Virus record (IMG/VR): IMGVR_UViG_3300030398_000007 | Strand: one strand, 5' to 3' | DNA: 64,000 bases | Source of the DNA: a virus | Shown here: piece after piece, positions 18,344 to 28,124 of the stretch | Numbering within the stretch: the stretch's first letter is position 1 | Layout of the letters: the number at the start of each line of letters is the position of its first letter | The notes under the pieces: model-generated | Database searches by the model: none | What the model saw: the letters and a program-made list of their open reading frames with translations, nothing else | What the model was told of the DNA's origin: nothing | Translations under genes and position numbers: made by a program

Positions 18344-18745
18344 TTAACGCATTTCCTCAAGAATATTTTCGGCACAAGTCGAAATAAGCGAAACAACAGG
18401 TATTAATGGCGCTGTTACAAGAAGAATTGCAAAAAACGATTGACCTATCGAGATAGCCAATAAAACGTAAGGAATACAACAGATTATTGCAATTGGTGTT
18501 ACGACATAGGCAATAATTGTTTGTTCCAGCATTTTCCCTGTAATAGAAGTTTTCGTGCAGGCAGATAATGCGGCCGCCGTATCGCTCAAACTTGCCCTAT
18601 GAATAAGCAGTTTAAAGATATTAAACAAGTTTCGTCCGACTACCTTGAACACCGGAATCGTATCAATAATTCCATGCTGCTTTGGCGAATAACGTTTTTT
18701 GTTTTTAATATGGGCAAGAGCATTTGACCAGCAATCTTTATCCAT
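18344..18745 (-). CDS. HTH-like N-domain + C-terminal TM protein (paralog of 18836-19249)
   Basis: Paralogous pair; N-terminal ...ASLSDTAAALSACTKTSITGKML resembles a small HTH, followed by 2 TM helices. Confidence 0.35.
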   Translation of the reverse strand: MDKDCWSNALAHIKNKKRYSPKQHGIIDTIPVFKVVGRNLFNIFKLLIHRASLSDTAAALSACTKTSITGKMLEQTIIAYVVTPIAIICCIPYVLLAISIGQSFFAILLVTAPLIPVVSLISTCAENILEEMR

Positions 18746-18835
18746 TTTTCTCTCCTTTTGTTGTTTTTTGGATTAGATTAAAAGACTCAACAACAATATA
18801 CAAAAATCAGATTCGTGATAACTGCAAGCATTTTC

Positions 18836-19249
18836 TTATCTGGAAACTTTTTTCATTTCTTTGACAACTTCCGACAAAACTTCCGCTATTGAAACGGCTC
18901 CAATGATTATGGGAATGGCAGGAAACAGGAAATAAAATGGAATAATTCCCGTCAAGGAGCCAAAATACGCATAAAGTCCAGCAACCAATAGTACGATCGC
19001 GCTTAAAACATATCCCCCAAAAACGTTTTCCAACATAGACCGCGTGACCGATTGTTCGGTGCACGTGGACAATGCCTCCGCAATCTCCCTCCAGCTGGCA
19101 CCGTTGAGCCGAAATCTTGAAATGGTGAAAAAACGTCGGCCTATGAGCCTGGAAAGGAGAATGGCGTCGCGCATTCCGGCTTGTTTGAATGAAGACCGGT
19201 TTTTGTCTTGAATGTTTTTTAGTGTTTTGACCAAACAATCATTCGTCAT
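18836..19249 (-). CDS. HTH-like N-domain + C-terminal TM protein (paralog)
   Basis: NGASWREIAEALSTCTEQSVTRSML HTH-like, then TM helices. Confidence 0.35.
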   Translation of the reverse strand: MTNDCLVKTLKNIQDKNRSSFKQAGMRDAILLSRLIGRRFFTISRFRLNGASWREIAEALSTCTEQSVTRSMLENVFGGYVLSAIVLLVAGLYAYFGSLTGIIPFYFLFPAIPIIIGAVSIAEVLSEVVKEMKKVSR

Positions 19250-19598
19250 TGTTTTTCACCTTCCTTCGGATTTTCGATAAGGTGTGCTGTGTGGCCAAGG
19301 CCATAACCGCAAACACCTGGTCAATCTCTTCTTCTAACAATGCCGGGTGAAACAGATCGGACATACTGTTGACGAAAATCTTTCGCGGTCTTTTCCACCG
19401 CAGCGGAATGGAGAGTCGTTCCTTATGCAACTGGACGTCCGAAAAATCCCTGCCGAAATAGACAGTCTTGTCGTTTGAAGAGAGTCTTGGCCAGCCTCTC
19501 TCCGCATAACAGTTCCGGCAGCCTTCAGACACTCTCGAGCACCCGGTGACCGGGTTCCAGGTGGCGTCCGTCCATGAGATTCCTGTTTTGTCTGACAT
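19239..19598 (-). CDS. Phage Gp37/Gp68-family protein (DUF5131-like), C-terminally short; probable start MSDKTG at 19598
   Basis: MSDKTGISWTDATWNPVTGCSRVSEGCRNCYAE is the family signature. RBS AGGTGGAG upstream of 19598; the annotated ORF extends in-frame to 19895. Confidence 0.5.
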   Translation of the reverse strand: MSDKTGISWTDATWNPVTGCSRVSEGCRNCYAERGWPRLSSNDKTVYFGRDFSDVQLHKERLSIPLRWKRPRKIFVNSMSDLFHPALLEEEIDQVFAVMALATQHTLSKIRRKVKNNDE

Positions 19599-19833
19599 GG
19601 CCGTTATTTCTCCACCTTCGTTTTTAGTGACCACCAGAAGCCCGCTGGCACAATCGGTGCCTTTCAGCGCCTTGATTGACTTAAATTGACGGACATAATG
19701 GGCTCGAACCGAAACGCATAGATCGTGAGGAACGATTTTGCGTGCCTTGTGTTGTGAAACCAATTCGGAGTCAATGGCTTTAATCGTATTGTGAATTATG
19801 TGTTTGTCTTCTGAATGGTTGTTGTAAATTCTT

Positions 19834-20064
19834 TCAAAACAACGAAAGTTTTTTCCCAACAAAATAACCAAACGACAGCACAAAGGCTGTAACAATTATT
19901 GCCTCAACGAAGAAGATAACAGCATAACTACAAACAGCAGAATCTCCTTTGCTAATATAGGCTATAGCTATAGCCAATATTAGCCAAATTAACGTCGCGA
20001 CAAAGGTAACGTACTCCATTTCGTTTCTCCTTATTGTTTTGATTGTTTCCGGTAAAACTGGCAA
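19834..20064 (-). CDS. Small membrane protein
   Basis: Two TM helices. Confidence 0.3.
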   Translation of the reverse strand: MPVLPETIKTIRRNEMEYVTFVATLIWLILAIAIAYISKGDSAVCSYAVIFFVEAIIVTAFVLSFGYFVGKKLSLF

Positions 20065-20276
20065 ACAAGAAAAAAATTCTGGATCACCACTCCTAAAGAA
20101 ACTGAAAACAGAATCATAATGACGTTTGACAAATCACTAGTCTTCGAACATGTGTTTGAGACGGTCATGAACAGCGTTCCGACAAGCGAAACTATTGAAT
20201 AATAGGCCAACAACGTATTGTCATAGAATCCTTCCTGATCTAACCTTCTTAAAAATCTTTTCGTGTTTTTCTCCAT
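20031..20276 (-). CDS. Small membrane protein
   Basis: Two TM helices. Confidence 0.3.
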   Translation of the reverse strand: MEKNTKRFLRRLDQEGFYDNTLLAYYSIVSLVGTLFMTVSNTCSKTSDLSNVIMILFSVSLGVVIQNFFLVCQFYRKQSKQ

Positions 20277-20279
20277 TTT

Positions 20280-21359
20280 TTAATTAAATTCAGTTCCGCC
20301 TTTTCGTAGCAAATACTCTTCCGAAACAGACTTCAGAATTTTTCTTTCGCCAATCGCCCGAACAACAACCCCTTCCCTCATATGGACTCCGGATCCGGAA
20401 ACGGACTCTTTTCCGCTGGTTAGTTTTTCGATAACAGCCTTTGAAAATGGCCCGACATAAAGAACCGGCGTTTTTTCGGCAATTTTGATCATTTTGGATA
20501 CCAACGATTCTTGATTCCAGACGAATTGACCGTGTTCCTTGGTGGCAACGTCAAACCACCTGAACGAAAGAGTGCCTCCATATGACAAGTCCTGGACGCC
20601 TTTGCCGAACACCTCTCCAAGGACATAAACGGGATTTTCTGAGCGTCCAAACGCTACAAGTAATTGTTCAGATATTTTTTCGACCGCACGAAGGTAAATG
20701 TTATTCTTATTGCGATCGTTGTTTTTAATTGCAAGACCTTTGGCTCCAAGACCCTTGCTAAAAACGGCAATACGTTCGGAGACCAGATTTTCTGAAAAAT
20801 TCGCAGCTGTATCCGGCGGCAAAATAACCAGGCCACAGAAACTGCCATGAATTTTTTCGGTTATTTCGACGCACTCTCCTTCATTGAAAAAATCCGGAAA
20901 CTTCTTGATATTTTCCACGTCGAATGCCAATGTGTTTTCGGTCCCGAGATTGAATACTTCTCCGGCCATTGCCACCGGTATTTCCGGTTCATACTTTTTG
21001 ATACCAAGTTCTGCAGAAACGTCGTCTCCGACTTTTACCTGAATCGTTTTTCCGTCCGGAAGTTCAAGGAGATTGTTTTTTATTGGATAAACAAGTCCCT
21101 GGCTTAACACCCCTCTTAATTTGATTGCCTTGACGCGATTTTTGTTGCTGCCGGCCAGTCGTCCGACAAGACCAAGCTTTTCTATGACCGGCCCCGGCAA
21201 TACGGACGCTTCCGGAATATAAACGGCCATGTCTCCTGATTTGAACATTCCTTTGGCTACAACCGCCCTGTAATCGCCGATCCTGGCCAGATCCAATGCG
21301 TCTGCGTCCGGGTGCGGTTCGATATCAAGTTTGACGACGTCACAAGAAAAGCTGGACAT
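20280..21359 (-). CDS. ATP-dependent RNA ligase (Rnl2/Rnl5-like nucleotidyltransferase) with N-terminal tRNA-binding OB (EMAP/Trbp111-like) domain
   Basis: N-terminal VVKLDIEPHPDADALDLARIGDYRAVVAKG fits the tRNA-binding OB fold; motif I EKIHGSF (KxHG) as in T4 Rnl2 and the DraRnl/NgrRnl ligases. Confidence 0.65.
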   Translation of the reverse strand: MSSFSCDVVKLDIEPHPDADALDLARIGDYRAVVAKGMFKSGDMAVYIPEASVLPGPVIEKLGLVGRLAGSNKNRVKAIKLRGVLSQGLVYPIKNNLLELPDGKTIQVKVGDDVSAELGIKKYEPEIPVAMAGEVFNLGTENTLAFDVENIKKFPDFFNEGECVEITEKIHGSFCGLVILPPDTAANFSENLVSERIAVFSKGLGAKGLAIKNNDRNKNNIYLRAVEKISEQLLVAFGRSENPVYVLGEVFGKGVQDLSYGGTLSFRWFDVATKEHGQFVWNQESLVSKMIKIAEKTPVLYVGPFSKAVIEKLTSGKESVSGSGVHMREGVVVRAIGERKILKSVSEEYLLRKGGTEFN

Positions 21360-21442
21360 TTTTTGTTACCTCCGTTATAATATTAATAATAAAGAACAAC
21401 TTATTAAAAATGTCTTTCAATGAATATATTATATCATAAAAA

Positions 21443-21790
21443 ATGAAAACGCAAGACGAAAAGGAGTTTGCCGTGATTGAAGTTACGGATACAGCCAAAA
21501 AACATATCAAAGAGCTTCTCGACAAAAAACCTGGCTATGGAATTCGTGTTTATGTGTCCGGAGGCGGGTGCCATGGGTTCCAGTACGGAATCAACCTGGA
21601 AGACGTTTCTTCGGAAACAGATACGGTGATTGAAGAAGACGGGTTCAAGATCTTTATGGACGAGGTCACGATCGGATACATGGAAGGAGCAAAGATCGAT
21701 TATCTGGAGAACCTGTACAAGTCAGGATTCACGATTAAAAATCCGAACGCCAAGTCTTCGTGCGGGTGTGGAAGTTCGTTCTCTGTTTAG
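21443..21790 (+). CDS. HesB/IscA/ErpA-family iron-sulfur cluster insertion protein
   Basis: C-terminal SSCGCGSSF motif and family-like length and pattern. Confidence 0.8.
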   Translation: MKTQDEKEFAVIEVTDTAKKHIKELLDKKPGYGIRVYVSGGGCHGFQYGINLEDVSSETDTVIEEDGFKIFMDEVTIGYMEGAKIDYLENLYKSGFTIKNPNAKSSCGCGSSFSV

Positions 21791-21889
21791 TTTTAGTTTT
21801 GAGATCACAAATTGTGATTTCAAGTTTTTGCCACTAGAATGAAAACAATGAAATTTTGTCAAGACAAACTCTTTTGCAGAGGATTCGAT

Positions 21890-22252
21890 ATGTCTAAAAC
21901 TCAATTCTCCGGGTTTACTGAACCAAAATTTATTACGGACCGGCGTGAAAAACTGCGTCTTGAAGCACTGGCCGAAGGCAAAAGGGCATTGGAAGCGATT
22001 CGTGAAAACGGTGGCAACGCCGTCATTTTCGGATCTGTTTTGCGGCCTGGAGAGTTCACGGAAGATTCAGACATTGATCTTTGCTTTTTGACACCAGAAA
22101 AATATCAGAACGAAGACTCGTTCAGGTTCTTTAGGCTTGCCGAATCTGCCGTTCATAATTTCCCGATTGATATTAGCTGGTTTGAAGACTTGAAGGATAC
22201 AGTAAAGGAAAAAGTAATAAAGGAGATCCAAAGTGCTTCCAATATTCGCTGA
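21890..22252 (+). CDS. Minimal nucleotidyltransferase (MNT/MntA-like antitoxin)
   Basis: GSVLRPGEFTEDSDIDL is the GSxxRGxxxxxSDxDL motif. Confidence 0.65.
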   Translation: MSKTQFSGFTEPKFITDRREKLRLEALAEGKRALEAIRENGGNAVIFGSVLRPGEFTEDSDIDLCFLTPEKYQNEDSFRFFRLAESAVHNFPIDISWFEDLKDTVKEKVIKEIQSASNIR

Positions 22253-22284
22253 AAGTTATCACGATTTGAAAAAAAACAAATAAG

Positions 22285-22578
22285 GTGTTAGAAGATCTTT
22301 TAAAGGCAGCTCCATTTTTCGACAAAGAAATTGCTCCAAAAGGAATCCTCGAACATATTCGTGCTGCATGCAACAGGGTTTTTGTTTCAGGTTTTGCCGC
22401 AAAGGTTGAAAAAGTTTATACTGGCATGGAAGCCGTTATAACAAAAATACTGAAGTACACGGACAAAACGGTTCCAGAATGGCAATTTAGATCATGGAAG
22501 AGAACATTAGAGAAAAAAGTGGTTGTTTTTCTTCCGTACGTGTTTTATTGTCATAAAATGCCTTGTTGTCATAAATAA
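22285..22578 (+). CDS. Possible HEPN-like partner of the MNT (weak)
   Basis: Position directly downstream of the MNT; no clean Rx4-6H motif. Confidence 0.3.
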   Translation: MLEDLLKAAPFFDKEIAPKGILEHIRAACNRVFVSGFAAKVEKVYTGMEAVITKILKYTDKTVPEWQFRSWKRTLEKKVVVFLPYVFYCHKMPCCHK

Positions 22579-22780
22579 CGAATCTTTCTTTTTTTGAGAA
22601 ATTCGGCGATTCGGCCAAAATTTTCTTGATAATATGAGGCATTCCAACAGTCCTTCCTGACGGAGAGACTACCATTTTGTCTCCGAATTCATTTTTTATC
22701 TTTGAAGACAGTAACGATTCTTTGTCAATCTTCCTGGTTAGCCTCAAACACATAATATGTCTCCTTTTTGTTTTGACCTG

Positions 22781-23476
22781 TCAAGAACCTCTCCCCCACC
22801 CTTTTTCTGCCGAAATGGACGCTCCGGACATTTCTTCCTGAATGGCTCTACGGTCTCTCATGCTAACGGCCATACCGTCTCCAATGATTACATGATCCTT
22901 GACGGCAACACCGAGCAATGTTCCACATTCAACGAGCCTTTTTGTTAACAGGTAATCGTCACGTGAAGGTTCCGGGTCGCCGGAAGGGTGATTGTGGACG
23001 AAAATGACGGATTTAGCAGAATCCCGAATCACCGGAAGAAAGGCTTCTCGAGGGTGTACGAGCGTCATGGACAACGACCCTTCTGAAATTTTATGTATGT
23101 CCAGAACCCGGTGTTTTGAGTCCAGAGTCATGGCGTAAAAAGCCTCTTTTCTGGCGTCCCGAACTCTTCCGTCAAAAACTTTCAAAACGTCAGACGCCTT
23201 ATAAATCTGCTCGCCGCGAACGATCGGATCGTACGCCAGTCTTTCGCCTAACGTCAGGGCGGCTTTCAGCTTTTTTGATTGTTCCGGAGATAGTCTCAAC
23301 ACGTCTCCAAGTTCCGTTTCTGTCATTCTGGACAGGCTTCTGAGGTTGACGTCTTCCGGGCACAATTTTCCAGTAATCCTGGTAACAAGAGACCAGTCAG
23401 GCTCGTCTTTTATGGACTCGGGTGTAACCGGAGTGTTGTCGAACAGACCAAAGATTGGAGCGGCCTTTCTGGTCAC
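22781..23476 (-). CDS. radC: RadC-like JAB/MPN domain protein
   Basis: VHNHPSGDPEPSRDD JAMM motif and helix-hairpin-helix N-terminus. Confidence 0.8.
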   Translation of the reverse strand: MTRKAAPIFGLFDNTPVTPESIKDEPDWSLVTRITGKLCPEDVNLRSLSRMTETELGDVLRLSPEQSKKLKAALTLGERLAYDPIVRGEQIYKASDVLKVFDGRVRDARKEAFYAMTLDSKHRVLDIHKISEGSLSMTLVHPREAFLPVIRDSAKSVIFVHNHPSGDPEPSRDDYLLTKRLVECGTLLGVAVKDHVIIGDGMAVSMRDRRAIQEEMSGASISAEKGWGRGS

Positions 23477-23876
23477 GATTTTCCCTGTGCGGCCATACGC
23501 CGGCCGATCTCATTGACAATGACGAACGTTTCAAAAGCTTCCGGATCGGTTTCTTTCATGGTGGACAAATTCGACAGGTCGGCGTTGAGCTTTCGGCCGA
23601 GCATTATTTCTAGCGTATTAATGGCGAATTTCTTGGTCAAAAAAGCACTCCTGTTGATTGTGTTTTTGTGCTGGTGATATTAGAATAAAAGAAATAATAC
23701 ACTTTTTGAGACCAGATCACAAATGCCGGAATTTTTTATTATCAAAAGACAACCATTTCGGATACGTAATACCTCACAAGTATTGGCGTTTTTGAGACAA
23801 TGCGAACACGAATAAAGTTTTTTTAATTGTTCTTTAGTCACAAATTTGTTACATTAATGGTTCGCTAGTTTGATTT

Positions 23877-24140
23877 TTGCTTAACGAAACAATCGCCATT
23901 TTCATTTTTGAAACACAGAGGCTCACCATAAACAGGACAAGGATCTTTGGATACGACAACGCTCATGGCGTCAAGACACCTGGAAAGTTCAAATATGCGG
24001 GTCGAATCATGACTCATGACCATACACACCGACACAAAGAGGATAAAGGGGTTCCTTACGAATTTCAGGACGCACAACAATTACTGATCGACTTCTTCGA
24101 GAATGTCGATCGTGTTTTGCGGGAGGCTAGAGAGAAATGA
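23877..24140 (+). CDS. Small toxin-like protein (putative TA partner)
   Basis: 87-aa ORF overlapping the downstream HTH gene by 4 nt. Confidence 0.35.
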   Translation: MLNETIAIFIFETQRLTINRTRIFGYDNAHGVKTPGKFKYAGRIMTHDHTHRHKEDKGVPYEFQDAQQLLIDFFENVDRVLREAREK

Positions 24141-24487
24141 AAGCTATCGTGATCGGGATCATGCCCCAGGAGAAGATTCGGGAGCGCATGCTGGCGATTG
24201 CTCGGGGAGAATACCACCCTTCCCCTGAAGATCCCAAAATTTGGTTCACTTCCATGAAGTCTCTCGCCGAGGTGTTAAGTGACGAGAATCGGGGGCTACT
24301 GAAGGTTATCGCCGAGATTGAACCCCAATCGATTGCCCAGTTGGCTTCCGTGACGGGCCGCAAGCCCAGCAACCTCTCCCGAACTTTGAAGACCATGGCG
24401 AACTACGGCATTGTGGATCTTAAGCGTGTACACAAAAAGGTCCTCCCAGTCGCTCGATCGACCACGTTTCGAATCGTTACCGTCTAA
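24137..24487 (+). CDS. wHTH transcriptional regulator / putative antitoxin
   Basis: IAQLASVTGRKPSNLSRTLKTMANYGIV HTH. Confidence 0.45.
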   Translation: MKAIVIGIMPQEKIRERMLAIARGEYHPSPEDPKIWFTSMKSLAEVLSDENRGLLKVIAEIEPQSIAQLASVTGRKPSNLSRTLKTMANYGIVDLKRVHKKVLPVARSTTFRIVTV

Positions 24488-24570
24488 CACTAAAGGAGAA
24501 TCCCGTTAGCCAATGTGCTCTCAACTCAATTATTGGGTCACCCGAAGCGGCAACATGGTAAATCGAAATA

Positions 24571-25344
24571 ATGACAGCAAATGGCGGAAAAACAATATTG
24601 GCTATTACAGATATTAATAGAGTATTTGGCATTGATATTAAGCCGGAAATACTTAAGCCCATTAACACAAACGTTTCTGTCTCAGATCTATCGGCAAGAG
24701 AAGACTTTTTGGAAATCTTGCCGCTTACGAGGAACATACGCGTGCCGGATCCTGATATTGGCGGAGGACGTATTTCATTTACCGCCAAATTGTCTGTCGG
24801 ATTTCCGATTCTGAAGAGAAATGAAACGGTACAAAGACTAGCTTTTCGGTGTGACATAATTCATGGAAACGTCTCACATGTATTTGAACGAAAATTTTCA
24901 GATTCGTTCTGGCAACGAGAAAACATGGATTTTATGCCGATCGTTGAAAAAATCCTTTTCAAAACAAACAACTCTGCCTTGTTAAAAAGAAGAGCATTGG
25001 GATTTAAATCAACGCTTTCAGTTGCTTCCGTGCTGTCTCCTCTCCAAAGACAACAGAGATTGACAGACAAAGAGGTTTCTGTTCTAAGCGATTTTTTAAA
25101 TACACACAGTGTAACTTATTCAAATTCAGGAAATGAGACAGCTAAAATAAAAGGACTAAAAGTCAGTCCTCCAGTTAAGATTTGTTCAGGATATCTTCCG
25201 AATATATGGACACTGAAAGATCTGGCCGCATGGGTGCTTGTTACGGATAGGTGGCCAACGCTTTCCGAAGCGAGAAAGTTGCAGCGCGAGAATCAGATTA
25301 AAATGAACAGACTAATGGCCGATTTGGAGACCGAAAGGACATAG
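24571..25344 (+). CDS. Novel paralog family member A (C-terminal NIWTLKDLAAWVLVTDRWPTLSEARKL)
   Basis: Conserved C-terminal module shared with six other ORFs in the window. Confidence 0.5.
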   Translation: MTANGGKTILAITDINRVFGIDIKPEILKPINTNVSVSDLSAREDFLEILPLTRNIRVPDPDIGGGRISFTAKLSVGFPILKRNETVQRLAFRCDIIHGNVSHVFERKFSDSFWQRENMDFMPIVEKILFKTNNSALLKRRALGFKSTLSVASVLSPLQRQQRLTDKEVSVLSDFLNTHSVTYSNSGNETAKIKGLKVSPPVKICSGYLPNIWTLKDLAAWVLVTDRWPTLSEARKLQRENQIKMNRLMADLETERT

Positions 25345-25443
25345 AAGGTTTAGAATTTTGTTTTTCACACAACGATTATTGATATTTGTTTTTTAAAACG
25401 ATATAATATATAAAACAAAAAACACAAACAAGAAGGGAACGTC

Positions 25444-26643
25444 ATGGAAAAACTTTATACGGAACTGAAAAACGGAAAACTCAGGCTGTGGGCTGACGTC
25501 AACATGGTCGAATCAGACGCTCTGGCTCAATCTGAAAACGTATCGAGTCTGCCGATACTGGCCGGACCTGTAGCCCTTATGCCAGACGTTCACCTTGGAA
25601 AGGGTGCTACTGTCGGAAGTGTCATTCCGACAAGAAAAGCCATAATCCCTGCTTCTGTCGGGGTCGACATTGGTTGCGGCATGCTTGCTGTAAAATTTAA
25701 CATGCGTGCCAATGATTTGCCTCAAAATTTGTCGTCTGTCAGAAGGGCTATTGAATCTGTCGTTCCAGTCGGGTTTAGCGAAAATACGGAAGAAAAAACA
25801 GATCGTGACGCAAGCCAATTGCTGGCTGGTGGGTTTCGCCGAATAGTCGAAAAAGCACCGGGGTTGTTGGACAACCGAAAAACAAAAGATTCATGGACCA
25901 GACAAATCGGTTCTCTTGGTGGAGGAAACCATTTTGTCGAATTGTCATTAGACGAAGAAGGCTCGGTGTGGCTCATGCTGCATTCTGGCTCACGAGGAAT
26001 TGGAAACGCGATTGGCACCTACTATGTTGAACGGGCAAAGGAGTATTCTTTGTCTATGGGATATAATCTCCCGGACAAGGATCTGGCCTGGCTTGACGAA
26101 GGAACTCCTTTTTTCGACGAATACTGGTTTGCATTGGAATGGGCACAACAATATGCAAGGGAAAACAGGCGTGTCATGTATTCCAGGATCCGTACCGTCT
26201 TAAAAGAGTTTTTTCCGCACATTCAAGTAGAAGGAACAATCGTCAATTGTCACCACAACTATTGCAGTATTGAAAAACTGCCTTCCGGAGAAGAGATTTA
26301 TCTGACGCGAAAAGGCGCAATATCTGCAAAGAAGGACGAATGGGGCATTATTCCCGGGAGCATGGGAACCCGTTCGTTTATCGTCAAGGGACTCGGCAAT
26401 GACGCCTCATATCAGTCCTGCTCGCATGGTGCCGGTAGACGTATGAGCAGAGGAAAGGCCAAGAAAGTTTTTACCCAGGAAGATCTGGCCGAACAAACCA
26501 AGGGAGTAGAATGCCGGAAGGACGCAGGTGTAATCGACGAGATTCCTGGTGCCTACAAAGATATTGACGACGTTATGCGCAGGCAGTCAGACCTGGTGAC
26601 GCCGGTACATGTGCTGAAACAGGTTTTGTGTGTAAAAGGTTAA
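25444..26643 (+). CDS. rtcB: RtcB RNA 3'-phosphate ligase
   Basis: GGGNHFVEL, HSGSRGIGN and C-terminal SCSHGAGRRMSRGKAKK (catalytic His); length 399 aa. Confidence 0.85.
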   Translation: MEKLYTELKNGKLRLWADVNMVESDALAQSENVSSLPILAGPVALMPDVHLGKGATVGSVIPTRKAIIPASVGVDIGCGMLAVKFNMRANDLPQNLSSVRRAIESVVPVGFSENTEEKTDRDASQLLAGGFRRIVEKAPGLLDNRKTKDSWTRQIGSLGGGNHFVELSLDEEGSVWLMLHSGSRGIGNAIGTYYVERAKEYSLSMGYNLPDKDLAWLDEGTPFFDEYWFALEWAQQYARENRRVMYSRIRTVLKEFFPHIQVEGTIVNCHHNYCSIEKLPSGEEIYLTRKGAISAKKDEWGIIPGSMGTRSFIVKGLGNDASYQSCSHGAGRRMSRGKAKKVFTQEDLAEQTKGVECRKDAGVIDEIPGAYKDIDDVMRRQSDLVTPVHVLKQVLCVKG

Positions 26644-26714
26644 GGAAGGAGAAAAGATTAAATACTTCGTTCTTTTTACAAAGAATCAAAAGAGAAGTCA
26701 CTTAAGGGGGAACG

Positions 26715-27160
26715 GTGACGCAGAAAGATTTTTTTGTTTTTGGAACAAGTGTCAAAATGTCACAATTCAGAGTGGACAATGGCGTTTTTGACGACAAAAA
26801 CCTTATTCCTGGACTTGATTCCCCTTTCATGGACGCAGACGGACACATGTGGCGTCTCAAACTTGTTCGTTCAACACTTGGGCAATTTTTATTTATGGTT
26901 TGCCACAAAGAGAAATTTTTTGAGCTGGCCGTTTTCACGTCAAAACGAAACGTTCTGAGACAACCGTTCCAGTTTGCCTTCCCGGTATTACGGGCCTATG
27001 CGGTTGGGCCAGACGGAACAGCCACTCCGACAGCTTTTATGTATGGACTTGCAAAAGACTTCCGACTATGAGAGAAGCAAGGAAACTCCAGACCGAATTT
27101 GGTTTTAGAGGGAGAAATGTTGAAAGAACTTGAGTGGGAATCCTCAATCAAAAATATCTG
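26715..27160 (+). CDS. Novel paralog family member C, frameshifted near 27040-27070 (conserved tail CKRLPTMREARKL lies in the +2 frame)
   Basis: Frame 0 ends AKDFRL*; the +2 frame continues SFYVWTCKRLPTMREARKLQTEF, matching the family C-terminus. Confidence 0.4.
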
Positions 27161-27808
27161 CCCTTCGACAAAAAAGACCCAATTTTTTGGTGTCGATTCT
27201 TATTTCTTGCCACCCAAACCGGATTCACAATTTCAGGAGCTGAAAGTTCCTGGATTTGACGATCCATTTGTGTATGCGCAAGAAACCTCGACAAGGCTTT
27301 TGGCCAGATTTTATACCGGAACCTTGAAAGATCTTCCAAACGTTCTGCAATTCGGAATAATATGTATTAGGGAAGACACGGGAAAATTTCAATTTTCAAC
27401 CATATTTGGAAATATTTCTTGCGAAAATCCTTTTTTGTCGAAAGATCAAAAAAATTCAAACCGTTTTTGGAGGCTCTTGTAAAAAACGACAAACTTCCAG
27501 GAAAAAGTTTTCTGTTTGCTGCAGCCATTATTGGTCACACAAAAGAGGTTTCTTCAACAAAGCCATTATCCGAAAGAGAGATTTCCATTCTCGTTGGCTT
27601 TATCTCCAGTCGTTATTACAATCATTTTATCCCACTAAAGTCTGACGGTATTACACATTTCAGTCTGACTAAAATAGCCGATTCGTTTGGAAGTGCGGGA
27701 GAAGACATACTAGGATATTTGCCAATGGCTTGGTCATTAAAAGATTTGGCCTCATGGCTATTGATTTGCGGAAGGTTGCCGACTATGGAGGAAGCCAAGA
27801 AGTTTTAG
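27117..27808 (+). CDS. Novel paralog family member B, two ORFs (27099-27482 and 27419-27808) joined by a frameshift at T6/A7 tracts around 27425-27455
   Basis: The combined length ~230 aa matches intact members; C-terminus MAWSLKDLASWLLICGRLPTMEEAKKF. Confidence 0.4.
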
Positions 27809-27878
27809 AAGGAATCTATTTTGAGCGCAAGAACTGTCGAACGAGAGTTGTCATAAAGAAAGAATCTAGCCCCCCTTA

Positions 27879-28124
27879 TTAAACAATTTCTGTCACTTTT
27901 GACAAATCTAAAATTTTTTTGACAAACATTTCAGAAATAATTCCAGTCTTGATTTTGTTGACTCTTTCAGCTACAGCCTTTTCTTTGTTGTATACCGAGA
28001 ATTCTTTTTGCCTGTCATACATTTTTTCTGCCATAACTTGTGCAAGATCGTTTACGGCTTCCAGTTCGGCTTTTGTCAATCCATAAGGGTATTCTTTGAC
28101 AATAATATGTTCAGCTTGCAACAT
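27879..28124 (-). CDS. Hypothetical small protein downstream of MTase (14-nt overlap)
   Basis: ORF only. Confidence 0.3.
   Translation of the reverse strand: MLQAEHIIVKEYPYGLTKAELEAVNDLAQVMAEKMYDRQKEFSVYNKEKAVAERVNKIKTGIISEMFVKKILDLSKVTEIV

Noticed and set aside
19599-19895. N-terminal 99-aa extension of the Gp37/Gp68-like ORF
   Set aside because: The family signature starts at MSDKTG (19598), which has a strong AGGTGGAG RBS; the upstream in-frame segment has no features.
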